A stretch of 64,000 nucleotides of DNA. It comes from Owenia fusiformis. Its lineage: Eukaryota. The DNA lies in the NCBI GenBank assembly GCA_903813345.2, contig CAIIXF020000001.1, positions 310,001 through 374,000 of the forward strand, given 5' to 3'. The position numbers were made by a program, and so were the translations under genes. This document shows positions 52,601-58,811 of this stretch, one piece after another. The notes beneath the pieces are model-generated. The model made no database searches. It was not told the origin of the DNA and saw only the letters and a list, made by a program, of their open reading frames with translations. The stretch's first letter is position 1. The number at the start of each line of letters is the position of its first letter.

Positions 52601-53751
52601 GTAAAGACAACATCTGGCAAATCTTTTATAGTGCCCTTGTACGTTTTGAGAGTGGCTCCCGGATTCTCCAACCAGTCCTCGCTACATTGACTACCTTCAT
52701 ACACAGTGAGCACATCATTGGCTTGTAAGTCGAGCGTATTAAGTTGAATCTTTATCCTATTACCCTTTGGTAGTGTTATCTTCCATTGGCATTCTTGGCC
52801 TGTTCTATAAGGATTTGGATAGCTTGGGGATGATAATGTTCCACTGGGTTGAGTTAGTGATAGTGCTCCACAATCTGAAATGGTACTGGGAGTTTAAGAC
52901 ATTTCATTACAAAGCGATTTAAACTTATTTAAACATGCAGCAACAGGCAATTAAAAATAAGTTTAAAGTAATTTTGTTATTGCATTTTCTATTTATCACA
53001 TCCATCGGTTACAATTTGTTACAATAATTGGCTTTACCATCCCGTGTGCAAACAATTCCATACTTTTACGGTTTCTTAATTTCTAAGACTTGGGTACGGT
53101 GCCGCCCAAGAGAATAGCGTGTCATGAATTTGGATCAAGTTCCAGAGTGCGTCATGACTGGAATGTTTAGCTATCATTGCTAACATCAGCAAAACTTCGT
53201 TCAAAGTATTTTTTATCGTTCATTTTGATAAATAATTAGAACACACCCAAACTATTGTAAATATTTCAATTTTCTAGAGGAAAACATTTCGTATGATCAA
53301 CACTATTTAGAATTATTACAATCAAGTAATCGTGAATGATATTTACACCCCCTCCATAAATTCCGCAACCTAAAGTGTTCATTTGACAACATGTCAGTCA
53401 AAGCCTGTTAATATTCAAAGATTTTACTTCATCAGGTAGACTAGTTCGGCAAATAACTAAGATTATGTTTTATTGCCATGAAACAAAGACTGGCTTTAAT
53501 ATGCGCTCCAGAAGGGACGTTACCAACCCTTTGTAAGGGGTTGTTTAACCACACTCAAATTATATAAAAAGGTATTAAAACAATGCATAAAATATTATTT
53601 GTAATTTTAGACTTGTCTAGCTATCTTTTTTAAATCATCTAATAACCGAAATTCTGAAAGTAACAAAATGATATATCTTACCTTGAGTTTGTACGAGATT
53701 ATTACCCTCATAAATTATAACCAGTAAAATGATCCAATTGTTCTTATACAT
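1466..53751 (-). CDS. Large multi-exon CUB and Sushi (CCP) domain protein, architecture SP-[CUB-CUB-Sushi6]x4-CUB-CUB-Sushi..., 3'-partial (continues past left edge)
   Basis: 39 exons with GT-AG boundaries and compatible phases (almost all phase 1). CUB motifs (CGG...SPxYP...C.W...KGF) and Sushi motifs (C..P...C..GY...C...G.W....P.C). Summed exon length about 8.45 kb. Domain order differs from vertebrate CSMD, so no symbol is given. Confidence 0.9.
1917..2291 (-). CDS. Exon: CUB-B of module 5
   Basis: PNCGGKYTERTGDILSPGYP...FCG...KGFWLTYR; 375 bp. Confidence 0.9.
2220..3445. repeat. Tandem repeat, 109-bp unit, about 11 copies, each containing the splice acceptor and first ~70 nt of exon 1917-2291
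   Basis: CTGCAATAAT recurs at 2292, 2401, 2510, 2619 ... 3273, with a degenerate copy at 3379. Confidence 0.95.
3599..4027 (-). CDS. Exon: Thr-rich linker + CUB-A of module 5
   Basis: TFTTVSPVTGGMTTPTTVTKCNY...SPNYP...KGFKLDFL; 429 bp. Confidence 0.9.
4168..4350 (-). CDS. Exon: Sushi 6 of module 4
   Basis: CPGPLKTIKNG...YTCDAGF...CRDDGTW...ACT; 183 bp. Confidence 0.9.
4374..4891. mobile_element. MITE with CAG...CTG ends and 5-bp TSD (hAT5-like, tentative)
   Basis: Imperfect TIR CAGGGCTTGCATTA / CAGCGATTGCATTA; TCAGT on both sides (4369-4373, 4892-4896). Confidence 0.55.
5058..5237 (-). CDS. Exon: Sushi 5 of module 4
   Basis: KCPSEPDANFDT...YTCEFPG...CGADGKWTGEPPIC; 180 bp. Confidence 0.9.
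5402..6504. mobile_element. Helentron/HINE-like non-autonomous repeat, copy 1, with a ~550-bp internal insertion
   Basis: Short inverted motif ATGTCACCACCA near both ends, terminal hairpin TGTCACCAC...GTGGTGACA, internal GACCTTGAGAAGGTCATTGAAGGTCAAATC units; homologous to 21900-22802 and 24385-24769. Confidence 0.55.
6620..6793 (-). CDS. Exon: Sushi 4 of module 4
   Basis: CPNPPQLQNG...YKCNSGY...CDFNGKWTPEPPIC; 174 bp. Confidence 0.9.
6940..7200. mobile_element. Short MITE (PIF/Harbinger-like)
   Basis: TIR AG(G/A)GAGGTTAAGCTTGCA in TA-rich flanks; a related copy lies at 56043-56167. Confidence 0.6.
7387..7572 (-). CDS. Exon: Sushi 3 of module 4
   Basis: CGDPGDPVNG...FSCKSGF...CQSSGQWSDQETKC; 186 bp. 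Confidence 0.9.
8219..8389 (-). CDS. Exon: Sushi 2 of module 4
   Basis: CGDPPTP...YRCNSG...CQKDLSWSGIAPVC; 171 bp. Confidence 0.9.
8776..8967 (-). CDS. Exon: Sushi 1 of module 4 (absent from ORF track)
   Basis: Hand translation VGCPSDGLQTLGNG...YACKTS...QCRDSIWRGTLDRCV; 192 bp. Confidence 0.85.
9153..9302 (-). CDS. Exon: CUB-B second half, module 4
   Basis: INNRSSSSVRYCGQ...EKGFWIKYE; 150 bp; paralogous to 26212-26361. Confidence 0.85.
9914..10114 (-). CDS. Exon: CUB-B first half, module 4
   Basis: LPNCGGDLREPQGEILSPNYP...CTWII...CEDDHLTIT; 201 bp. Confidence 0.9.
10180..13673 (-). mobile_element. Non-LTR retrotransposon (LINE, CR1/L2-group-like) inserted in an intron
   Basis: 12-bp TSD AGATACAATTTT (10168-10179, 13674-13685); (TAA)n 3' tail; absent from the paralogous intron 26870-27053. 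Confidence 0.95.
10414..13653 (-). CDS. LINE ORF2: APE endonuclease + reverse transcriptase, 1079 aa, uninterrupted
   Basis: Endonuclease motifs NINS, YRSP, GDFN, PTR, TDH; RT motifs NYRPITLL, LDISAAFD, GVPQGS, YADD, KHLG; C-terminal CPCG...H...C. Confidence 0.95.
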   Translation of the reverse strand: MKFLFSNINSIGSNEGTRFESLKLKIRDRNISVAGLCEAGNLNSKTISDKYTIPDYHTPMYHPGGRGLMIYVKSDLICIPKPEFNTENSLWVNVKLKNTSVLYGVHYRSPSMNAIQEAAYFEEFKENLKLASKFKCDYLIINGDFNCKNKKWWNEGTTDSKGAKLDTILTELNLFQLVKEPTRITRNSRTCIDLSITDKAFLVKEISVIDPIGNTDHSTILTTLPLKLDKKHVTRKTIWNYDLGDVDKINSNISDIDLTDIFINNNENVNLTTENFTRDVFDIFSNNIPQKTYITKANDQPWINKKIKLEIRKKEKLFRKSKSNDDPVHFENYANQAEHVKTLIKEAKLTHEDKLVQQLNESTCKGKQYWNIVNSFLSKKFNDCLPCLRSETSCSIATSDTEKANLFMNLFSGKYHHDELHGDMVFPNFPKRCNQEIDNITTTPDEINKIIQSLERDKACGLDGINNRMVKIASATLSIQLSSLFNFIFQKSEFPDCWKLGNISPIHKKSDRSFVENYRPITLLSTFSKIFEKVLHARIMKHLMDNDLLYKFQSGFLPGHNTELQLLAITDYIYHQMEQGNCINSVYLDISAAFDTVPHSLLIHKMKSYGINGKTIDLCDSYLRNRKVCVSINDQHSKFSDNNFINSGVPQGSVIGPLMFLIYINDLPDNLDSEAYIYADDTSLYSFFHPSNAQTDQIQNDLNKINLWSKKWFLKFKPSKSAQVIFHSNRIKNFQKTPLYFDGEVIPCKTSHKHLGFILDENLTYEDHINYLSRKVQKLLNPLKYLSNSVRSKHLETMYSSYVASNFDYCSALYGSASLALLAKLDKLHYQAGVICAGVLHGSDTSKVFQCLNWKTLSQRRNEKNVRIMFKINKRNVAQYICDIFDKYKNPATRLLRHSMPYNIPTNVSIRLLKAPVLNIIKQWNNLSQLIRELPTISSFKNAVRSTILPNINFIPTTKLNLTRSNEKILNRLRVDFFLKEHFFSHNFIGVTENKCPCGSPENTKHFLLSCPRHTDDRTNMITALRQNNLLYDENIYTNRNDQVKYLLYENTLSRDSQNLLLNIVLNFVRSCYIYPLRI
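13805..14209 (-). CDS. Exon: Thr/Pro linker + CUB-A of module 4
   Basis: TAPTTATPITTPS..SCG...SENYPNPYP...KGFSILFK; 405 bp. Confidence 0.9.
14555..14737 (-). CDS. Exon: Sushi 6 of module 3
   Basis: KCPGPLKNIPNG...TCDSGF...CEIGGTW...ACT; 183 bp. Confidence 0.9.
15845..18350. repeat. Diverged ~0.5-0.6 kb direct repeats (about 4 copies) inside the CACTA-like element
   Basis: TTAATCCCTAAG...CTACAG...TTGTGTTAAAATTTGGATTCAATCGAT block starting near 15845, 16370, 17521 and 18091. Confidence 0.75.
17617..17727. repeat. Perfect palindrome, 55-bp arms, 1-nt spacer
   Basis: 17617-17671 is the reverse complement of 17673-17727. Confidence 0.9.
18387..20307. repeat. Satellite-like tandem repeat, ~154-bp unit, about 12 copies plus a final inverted copy
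   Basis: TGAAAGGTTAAACTTGGCTCATGAGTATGTTTCAATTTGGG... period 18387 to 18541; 20170-20307 is reverse-complemented. Confidence 0.9.
21900..22802. mobile_element. Helentron/HINE-like repeat, copy 2
   Basis: Same internal units and terminal hairpin ATGTCACCACTTTTTGGTGGTGGCAT as 5402-6504. Confidence 0.55.
23079..23255 (-). CDS. Exon: Sushi 5 of module 3
   Basis: KCPEPDANFDT...CGADGKWSGAPPIC; 177 bp. Confidence 0.9.
23615..23788 (-). CDS. Exon: Sushi 4 of module 3
   Basis: Hand translation AQCPQPPKIDGG...YRCNLGY...CDFKGNWTPEAPVCV; 174 bp. Confidence 0.88.
24008..24193 (-). CDS. Exon: Sushi 3 of module 3
   Basis: CGNPGDPVNG...CQSPGKWSGQETKC; 186 bp. Confidence 0.9.
24385..24769. mobile_element. 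Helentron/HINE-like repeat, copy 3
   Basis: Starts ATGACAAAATGTCACCACCTAG and shares the internal unit and end with copies 1 and 2. Confidence 0.5.
24803..24973 (-). CDS. Exon: Sushi 2 of module 3
   Basis: CGEPSSPPG...YKCNSG...CQKDLSWSGVAPVC; 171 bp. Confidence 0.9.
25393..25590 (-). CDS. Exon: Sushi 1 of module 3
   Basis: GCPSAGLPTLVNG...FVCSAGY...CDRVTMKWRGSLEEC; 198 bp. Confidence 0.9.
26212..26361 (-). CDS. Exon: CUB-B second half, module 3
   Basis: INNRTQNSARYCG...EKGFWIKYE; 150 bp. Confidence 0.88.
26669..26869 (-). CDS. Exon: CUB-B first half, module 3
   Basis: Near-identical to 9914-10114; 201 bp. Confidence 0.9.
27054..27635 (-). CDS. Exon: Sushi 6 of module 2 + linker + CUB-A of module 3
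   Basis: RCPIIDKVKNG...CQGNGKWDYPPEGC...SCG...KGFSILFK; 582 bp, open throughout. Confidence 0.9.
27653..28143. mobile_element. Non-autonomous element with short IR pair and long terminal hairpin (Crypton-like, tentative)
   Basis: TTTATCCCATAC (27653) / GTATGGGATAAA (27993), then an imperfect hairpin 28007-28143. Confidence 0.4.
28149..28732. mobile_element. Second element of the same architecture (Crypton-like, tentative)
   Basis: TTTATCCGATGG / CCATCGGATAAA, then hairpin 28595-28732 with loop CATTCGCTGCGCTCACTCG. Confidence 0.4.
28884..29057 (-). CDS. Exon: Sushi 5 of module 2
   Basis: TCPYPYKRPFS...YTCQTGY...CQSSGKWTGQAPYC; 174 bp. Confidence 0.9.
29282..29455 (-). CDS. Exon: Sushi 4 of module 2
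   Basis: TCPTLGNIFNG...CLESGQWGGSVPYC; 174 bp. Confidence 0.9.
29731..29910 (-). CDS. Exon: Sushi 3 of module 2
   Basis: CGDPGDPVNG...CQTSGEWTGTQPSC; 180 bp. Confidence 0.9.
30120..30486. repeat. Irregular tandem repeat (~60-75 bp subunits) including copies of the exon 30481 donor
   Basis: GTGTACTTACAACCTC...GACACATGGGAATTGGGAAAGATGCCATGAAAGAGAATA repeated. Confidence 0.8.
30481..30660 (-). CDS. Exon: Sushi 2 of module 2
   Basis: CGNPGKPANG...CGFNRQWSGPIPKC; 180 bp. Confidence 0.9.
31292..31486 (-). CDS. Exon: Sushi 1 of module 2
   Basis: Hand translation IGCRTSDLPKLSN...YMCSQGY...CRDDKTWSGQAEDCE; 195 bp. Confidence 0.88.
31677..32024 (-). CDS. Exon: CUB-B of module 2
   Basis: DCGGKLSDQQGDFLSPGYP...LCG...KGFWGQYR; 348 bp. 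Confidence 0.9.
32070..34425. repeat. Intronic minisatellite, 63-bp unit, about 37 copies
   Basis: Unit TTGGATCATGTCCATGTATTTGAGGTGGTAAAGATCACTGTCAAGAATAGCATATCAGAATTA. Confidence 0.97.
34464..34659 (-). CDS. Exon: CUB-A second half, module 2
   Basis: DTVEVYQSDKCYEDW...MCIKM...KGFSLTFR; phase 0 to 1; 196 bp. Confidence 0.88.
34785..36180. repeat. Intronic tandem repeat, 112-bp unit, about 12 copies
   Basis: GCCATAGAC at 34798, 34910, 35022 and onward. Confidence 0.95.
36325..36488 (-). CDS. Exon: CUB-A first half, module 2
   Basis: SSCGAKISG...SPGYPKPY...CQWTI...EMNPG; phase 1 to 0; 164 bp. Confidence 0.88.
36542..37517 (+). mobile_element. Tc1/mariner-superfamily transposon, internally deleted and decayed
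   Basis: TIR CAGGGTGACAAAAAAAAACTGGAACCCA; TA TSD; transposase remnants inside. Confidence 0.92.
36690..37350 (+). pseudogene. Broken Tc1/mariner transposase
   Basis: N-terminal HTH-like MPWTTEEK...IFRLVQKF; C-terminal WFQQDGATPH...SPDLNPPDFYLWGYLK; frameshift, stops and a missing central part. Confidence 0.85.
37786..37854 (-). CDS. Small exon: Thr-rich linker between modules 1 and 2
   Basis: TTCTAG acceptor, GTAAGT donor, 69 bp, phase 1-1; encodes TTTMTTFKTTTKMVMSTTTLPT. Confidence 0.75.
37998..41270. repeat. Intronic minisatellite, 49-bp unit, about 65 copies
   Basis: Unit GAAGGAGGGTGTAATGGGAGGACCAGATTGCCTCTTTATTGTTCTTATT. Confidence 0.97.
41817..42026 (-). CDS. Exon: Sushi 6 of module 1
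   Basis: VKCKVF...FYCKFGY...CGSDGRWDSDVRDCSPGDPTQPPP; 210 bp. Confidence 0.88.
42299..42472 (-). CDS. Exon: Sushi 5 of module 1 (absent from ORF track)
   Basis: ILCPYPYKRPFS...YTCQSGY...CGGTGQWTGKAPYC; 174 bp. Confidence 0.88.
42723..42899 (-). CDS. Exon: Sushi 4 of module 1
   Basis: KCPSNLTPPLYG...CNEGY...CGKTGSWDGSPPTC; 177 bp. Confidence 0.9.
43723..43908 (-). CDS. Exon: Sushi 3 of module 1
   Basis: CGDPGEPSNG...CQASDLWSGNLPTC; 186 bp. Confidence 0.9.
44669..45210. mobile_element. MITE with CATG ends and 7-bp TSD (P-element-like, tentative)
   Basis: TIR CATGGGCTTTCAACTAGAAGGGTA; GCTTAAC on both sides (44662-44668, 45211-45217). Confidence 0.7.
47098..47586. mobile_element. PIF/Harbinger-like MITE, second family
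   Basis: TIR CACCCCAGTCACATTT; TTA TSD. Confidence 0.75.
48406..48591 (-). CDS. Exon: Sushi 2 of module 1
   Basis: SCGDPGIPVGG...YTCTAG...CQANGKWSGKAPAC; 186 bp. Confidence 0.9.
48957..49591. mobile_element. Tc1/mariner MITE with long (~180 bp) TIRs
   Basis: CAGGGTGTCCCGAACG ends, TA TSD; minus-strand remnant YPGNSPDLNVTEN of a Tc1 transposase. Confidence 0.85.
49598..50020. mobile_element. Tc1/mariner MITE adjacent to the previous one
   Basis: CAGGGTGG(G/A)CCAAA ends, TA flanks, internal inverted arms. Confidence 0.8.
50066..50260 (-). CDS. Exon: Sushi 1 of module 1
   Basis: IGCPSKDLPQLGNG...YQCNTGY...CKNDGSWSGMLDKC; 195 bp. Confidence 0.9.
50647..50997 (-). CDS. Exon: CUB-B of module 1
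   Basis: PRCGGELTSKEGDILSPDYP...CKVDYL...LCG...KGFWLSYT; 351 bp. Confidence 0.9.
51152..51576. mobile_element. Decayed palindromic Tc1/mariner MITE
   Basis: Long imperfect inverted arms; right end GGACACCCTG-TA; left terminal motif missing. Confidence 0.55.
52220..52535. repeat. Tandem repeat, ~20-bp unit AAATACCTGAATATGAAGGT, about 14 degenerate copies
   Basis: Period 20 at 52221, 52241, 52261, 52281; resembles the junction AAATACCCGAATATGTTAAGGT at 52512. Confidence 0.85.
52518..52874 (-). CDS. Exon: CUB-A of module 1
   Basis: DCGALSLTQPSGTLSSPSYP...CQWKI...GFTLTYS; 357 bp. Confidence 0.9.
53682..53751 (-). CDS. Candidate first coding exon (signal peptide)
   Basis: CAAAATG context; MYKNNWIILLVIIYEGNNLVQTQ; CAAG|GTAAGA phase-1 donor fits the next exon. 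Confidence 0.55.
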
Positions 53752-54499
53752 TTTGAGGTTTTATATGCTCCTACCCCTTATAAGGGAACTGAGCCTGGGA
53801 AATGGAAAGTTATGTTGAAAGAGTGGTCGTCTTTCAGGATCTAGAAAAAGCCGAAATCGTTCACATTAGCCGCCTCTCTAGGACAATGACAGCAAATGTT
53901 GATGTAAGTAATGAGTTACTTTGGTTGGATAACTCTGTTTCACAATGCTTTTTATCTAATCACGTTGAGGTTTCACCAAGATATAGAATTCTTCATATGG
54001 AGAAAGTTCTATACAAAATGACTTGAGGTAATATAAATGAGTGCAAATGAAGATATAAGATGTTCTTATCTGACAGAGTATATAATGAAAGTTGAAGGTT
54101 CACTTGTGATTTCAAATTATTTAGAATAAAAGACTGATACCAATGCCATGACTGGGACAGTTCAGTTATCTATGTGATGAATGTATTTATGTAGATTGTA
54201 TATATTACCATATCTTATTACTAGAATAGTATATATAACATATAAAGTCAAGCGGATAACTCCAAGAAATCTCGAACCATTATATAAATTTCTCCGTCAT
54301 CACAGTTTTATGAATACAGGATTGATCCAAGTTTAGTAATTTGGGGGTTTGTTCATTGTGGTGATTAAAGAAGAAAAGCCCCCCCCCCCGAAAAACAAAA
54401 ATATGTGAGAAATTAAAAAATTATTTGATGGATTTGACAAAATGGAGCCAAATACAAAAATCGAAAGGAGACATTTATTGTTGGAGGAATCCTCGTCTG

Positions 54500-54830
54500 T
54501 CAAATGAAAGTATTTCAAAGAAGGATTGGCTCCCAAGGTTCCAACTCGATATTTTTTTTATCTCAACACAATTCATACAGTGCCGATTTCTATGGCAAAG
54601 TTCGCCTTTTCTTGACTGTCCCCTCTATGTTGCCCAAAGAACAACTCTTTTCAGGGAATTAGGGAACATAGATGTAACCAATAGACATAATCTTCTCAAT
54701 CACATAATTCATGGAAATAAAGATTCTTCATTTATTTACAACTGCACTCTATTTAATCATGTCCAGACATTCATCAGAGACACTCAGAGATTTTTATAAC
54801 CATATAAAACTGTCTAACTTATTGCATGAC
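54500..54830 (+). mobile_element. 3' fragment of a CR1-like LINE
   Basis: FLDCPLY...R..LF...HGN...N..LF..VQTFI..T.RF resembles LINE ORF2 C-termini, including that of 10414-13653. Confidence 0.55.
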
Positions 54831-55066
54831 ATCTCAAAATTTTATATGTAGACCCCTAGGGATATAATAGTGTAAACTGTAAACCCTAGGCTAAATAAAA
54901 TGATTTAAAAAAAAGTTCGCTTGGTAGAACTACGAGGAGAATTGCCGATTTCTGTTTGACCTTGAACGGCATCAAAATTAAAAATGTCGTTATCACGCCC
55001 GGTGATCGTACAAATGGGATGGTGGGGGGATTAGGCGATTCCTGCAAGAAAACTCAACAAAGAGCG

Positions 55067-55364
55067 AGGGAAAGTATCGCAACAGATTTTTGACAGTAAA
55101 TAATTTTTTTCTAGTAGTTTCTGGCTGTACAAAAATGAATGCATATGAAAGGCCAATGTATAATCTTTAAGAAAAATTCAAAGAATGGTTTCAAGACCAA
55201 TTGGATTATCTCATAAGCCATGTTTAATCCACCCATCAACAAGCTTTTTTTCAAAATACAATCGTCATTTTCACCATCGTCCCTCATTTTTTTTACAATT
55301 TTCATGCAAAGTTACATTGTACTTGAACACATGTTTCATCACTTAAAATATATAAGGAACTCCT
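55067..55364. repeat. Dispersed ~300-bp repeat; inverted copy at 63601-63904
   Basis: AGGGAAAGTATCGCAACAGA...AAGGAACTCC versus its reverse complement. Confidence 0.85.
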
Positions 55365-56042
55365 CGTGGATTAGGATTATGATAATCCAATATAAGGGGA
55401 TCCAATGGGGCTATGCTTTTAGTACAGCACACTCATATAAGATGTCATTAGTGTGCCATAAAGTTAGTTCAAAATGTTTTCATAAATGAATGGTTGGACT
55501 TGTTTGATCCCCTGCTGTTTGATCCCCTGTTTAATCAATGGAGCATAACCGCAGCATTTCCCAAAAAATTCTGAATACCTGTCAAGTTGACTGTTTAATG
55601 TTTGAGTGCAGTTAAACCTGTGTATGTGTGTAAGTTGCTAAGAAATTCTAAATACCTCTCTTTATGATAATTTCTATGATGCCTTATTATAGCATTTACT
55701 TTGAACAGGTTTTCTGTATCTTGTTTATCAGTAATGATTCACGAGGTACAGTGCTATTAAAATCATAAATACAGTACAAGAATTTAGTACATCATACCTT
55801 TGCCAATCATTTTAGTAAGACAAATATTTTGATCCAGCTTCAGAAAAAACATTGAACATGTTTCTATATGATGATGTGTTATAACACACTTCCTTATTTG
55901 AGTTTATCTCCAGATTGATTATTCAAATTATGAAATGAAGGATGATATGCTAAGAATAATTTTTGCATATTCATCAATTCAAGAAATGTTATCCTAAGAA
56001 AATGTTATGAGTAACATACACTCTTACCTTAATGTTAACATT

Positions 56043-56167
56043 AGGGAGATTAAGCTTGCATATAAAATCGAAACGCCAACCTATGACCAATCGCCCATAC
56101 AAATGCATCGCTAAATATTTTCCATTCACATTTAGGTTGTGAAAACATTGCAAGCTTAAAGTCCCTA
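56043..56167. mobile_element. Short MITE related to 6940-7200
   Basis: AGGGAGATTAAGCTTGCA ... TGCAAGCTTAAAGTCCCT. Confidence 0.55.
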
Positions 56168-57288
56168 TTGAGAGTCTCTGAAAACCACAATCAATACCAT
56201 TGAGTGTGTGGTGTATACTACCTTTATCATTATTTCTAAGATTTACAATAACATCTTTTTAGCAAAATGTCCGATTTTCTTCCATATTAATGTGAACAAA
56301 TATAAACAAACCAGTCGAAATGTTGAGGCATGCGCAGACCTCTATTTAGTGATATTTTCATTTCAAATATGGCGGCCAATCCGATGTCTGACGACCCTTA
56401 CAAAGAATCTAGGCAGTTTGCATTTTTACCTCCTGTGAAATAACAAGTGGAATTTAGTAGTTGTTTTGTGTTTTATTATCATTCTGCATCGTAATTCTAT
56501 GTGATGTGGTGTTGAAATGTCAGCAGAAATACATATCCATACGATAATCGAGTGAATCAGATAACAGATTTTTCGAAAACCCGTCTCGTGCTAAGAGTGT
56601 AAAAACTTGTATTAACATGCTCAAAAGTGCCAATGTGCACATCAATGTCAAGCTAAATCAATGTTGTGTCTAAAACAGGTACCCGATCTACTCAAAACAG
56701 CTTGTCATTCACGTATACACGCTTAGCAAACACGGCGAAATGACCTGAATCTTGGAATTTCGTTCAAGAGCTAGTAATGTTTGCTCCGGTCTTCGTCATA
56801 AGTGTTCATCAGACTTCACGCATGCGCAGGAGAAAAACCATCAACCAATAAGGTTTATAAATCAATTTTGCGCATGCGCCTTACAACGGTAAACAAATTC
56901 GTATTTATAAACGAACCAGTTTGAGATAACCCGATATCAGTCGGAGAAATCTGACGATCTACGAAACTCACTTCAAAAAATCAAATGCGGACTGACGGCG
57001 TATTCTACTATGTTTGGATCTAAGATTTTCAGTATAGATAAAGTCTTTTATGATCTTTCGAATGAGGTAAGTCTCTAGTTCGAAAGACAATCGTATCAAC
57101 TTGAACAAAAGTTGAGTTTTGACGAAAAATTTTAACATGCGCAGAAGTCCCATTTTCGTTGTACCATATTGACTGAAACATAGAATGATTCTATTGGTTG
57201 AGTCAACAATTTCAGTTATTAGGGAGGTTAAGATCGCACTATTTTGATGAACGTACACATGGAATGTGTAAACTTATGGTCCCCTATT

Positions 57289-57907
57289 CACGGTGTTATA
57301 GCATGACGGTTACGTCAAGGCGATTTGCAAAATTTTGCGGTAACGATAACAAAAAATGGCGGATGGGAAAGGCAGCATGTCCTCTTTCTCACCTGTAGGC
57401 AATATTCACAGATACGATTTCCTTTTAAACTAGTTCCATTCGGTGACGTATATATGGATGGTTATAAAGACTGGGTCAAATCTGCCAGGTGGTCTACAAG
57501 AAACAGAATATAATCTGTAAACCTACCGACTGAGATATTAAAGTTTATAAGTTTTGATCCATTCTCGTGTTGTTTCAGTACATGAGCCACTCAAAATATT
57601 AACTGTAAGTATAAGTACTGTGTATAACTACTGCAAATTCAAAATACATTATTATGGCTTGAGTAGAACATATTAGGTGGTTTCCAATGCTGAATTGGCT
57701 TTGTATGATCGTATGTAGGTTACATCTATATACCACAACGTTTTCTTACATAAATCTTTCATCCTTTCATTGATACACAGAAGTAGAAAATAATGCGCCA
57801 ACCTTAGTTTTCTCTTCCATCGCGGCCATTTTATTGGATAAATCAGTGAACGTAGCTGTCCAACCTCGTTTTCAGAGGTGGCGTAACCGTCATGCTATAA
57901 CACCGTG
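57289..57907. mobile_element. Transib-like MITE
   Basis: 25-bp perfect TIR CACGGTGTTATAGCATGACGGTTACG; 5-bp TSD CTATT. Confidence 0.8.
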
Positions 57908-58811
57908 CTATTGACTATTTTCACATCACTGGCCTCTTTTTGCCTGATTGATATAATGCCAATTGATGTAATGGTGCCCAGTTAAACCAGTTGAGAGATG
58001 GACAACATTACTGGGGGTCATATCCACGGGTAATATCTAAAGCCCCGCTATGATTGAAAAATCGCGAGCAAGTCCCCGCTGAAATCGCGAGCATAGTCCT
58101 GTTTATTTGTATCACTTTGGAAAATGAACCAAAAGGATGAAAATACTTATTACCGTTCTTTGATACTCCAGCAAAACTTTGAAAACAGATATATTTGACA
58201 AAAAATGACATGAAAAATGATTATTTTGTACTTGCATGAAGGAAAGGGGCGTCAACATGCACGTTTGCATAATTTACTGTTCATATATTACCTTTATCGT
58301 TAAAATAAAGGCAATAAATACGATTTACATACTCCATAATAAATATCGGATCAAGATGGTCTGTATTGATAAGTTACTGGACAATGACACCTGCAATGGG
58401 GGTCGAAATACATCATTAAAGGTGTTCCAGTGGCCCCGCTGAAAAAATGAGGAGGCCCCGCTGAAAACATGAGGAGACCCCGCTGAAAACACGAGCAAAT
58501 TTCACGACTACCCGCTTCGATCACGAGGAAAGCTTCATCATTATTCCATGAATATAGTGAGCTTCTTTATATGAACGTACACGAATGTGCAAATAACGTA
58601 TTAATGACAATCACTTAACATATCATTCTATGGCAACATCAAAAATATTTCTTCTTCAACTTCAGGCAGTCTACTCCATCTGTCAGCGGCATGATCAATT
58701 TTTTATATGTAAATAGACTTTGTACATTTCGGAGTTAAATGTACATTCTACATAATTAACTATTCCAAGGATTATACTTCTGAGGACAAATATATTTCAT
58801 TGGTTTCTTTG

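Noticed and set aside
1466-53751. Naming the gene CSMD1/2/3, SVEP1 or cubilin
   Set aside because: Domain order (CUB2-Sushi6 repeats; no EGF, vWA or pentraxin seen) does not match those; orthology cannot be judged without a search
53760-53766. TATAAAA on the minus strand as the TATA box
   Set aside because: Under 10 nt from the candidate ATG, too close for a normal TATA-to-start distance; AT-rich background
53838-53903. Possible plus-strand exon (TTTCAG...GTAAGT) encoding DLEKAEIVHISRLSRTMTANVD
   Set aside because: Isolated, no recognisable domain or partner exons; such site pairs occur by chance
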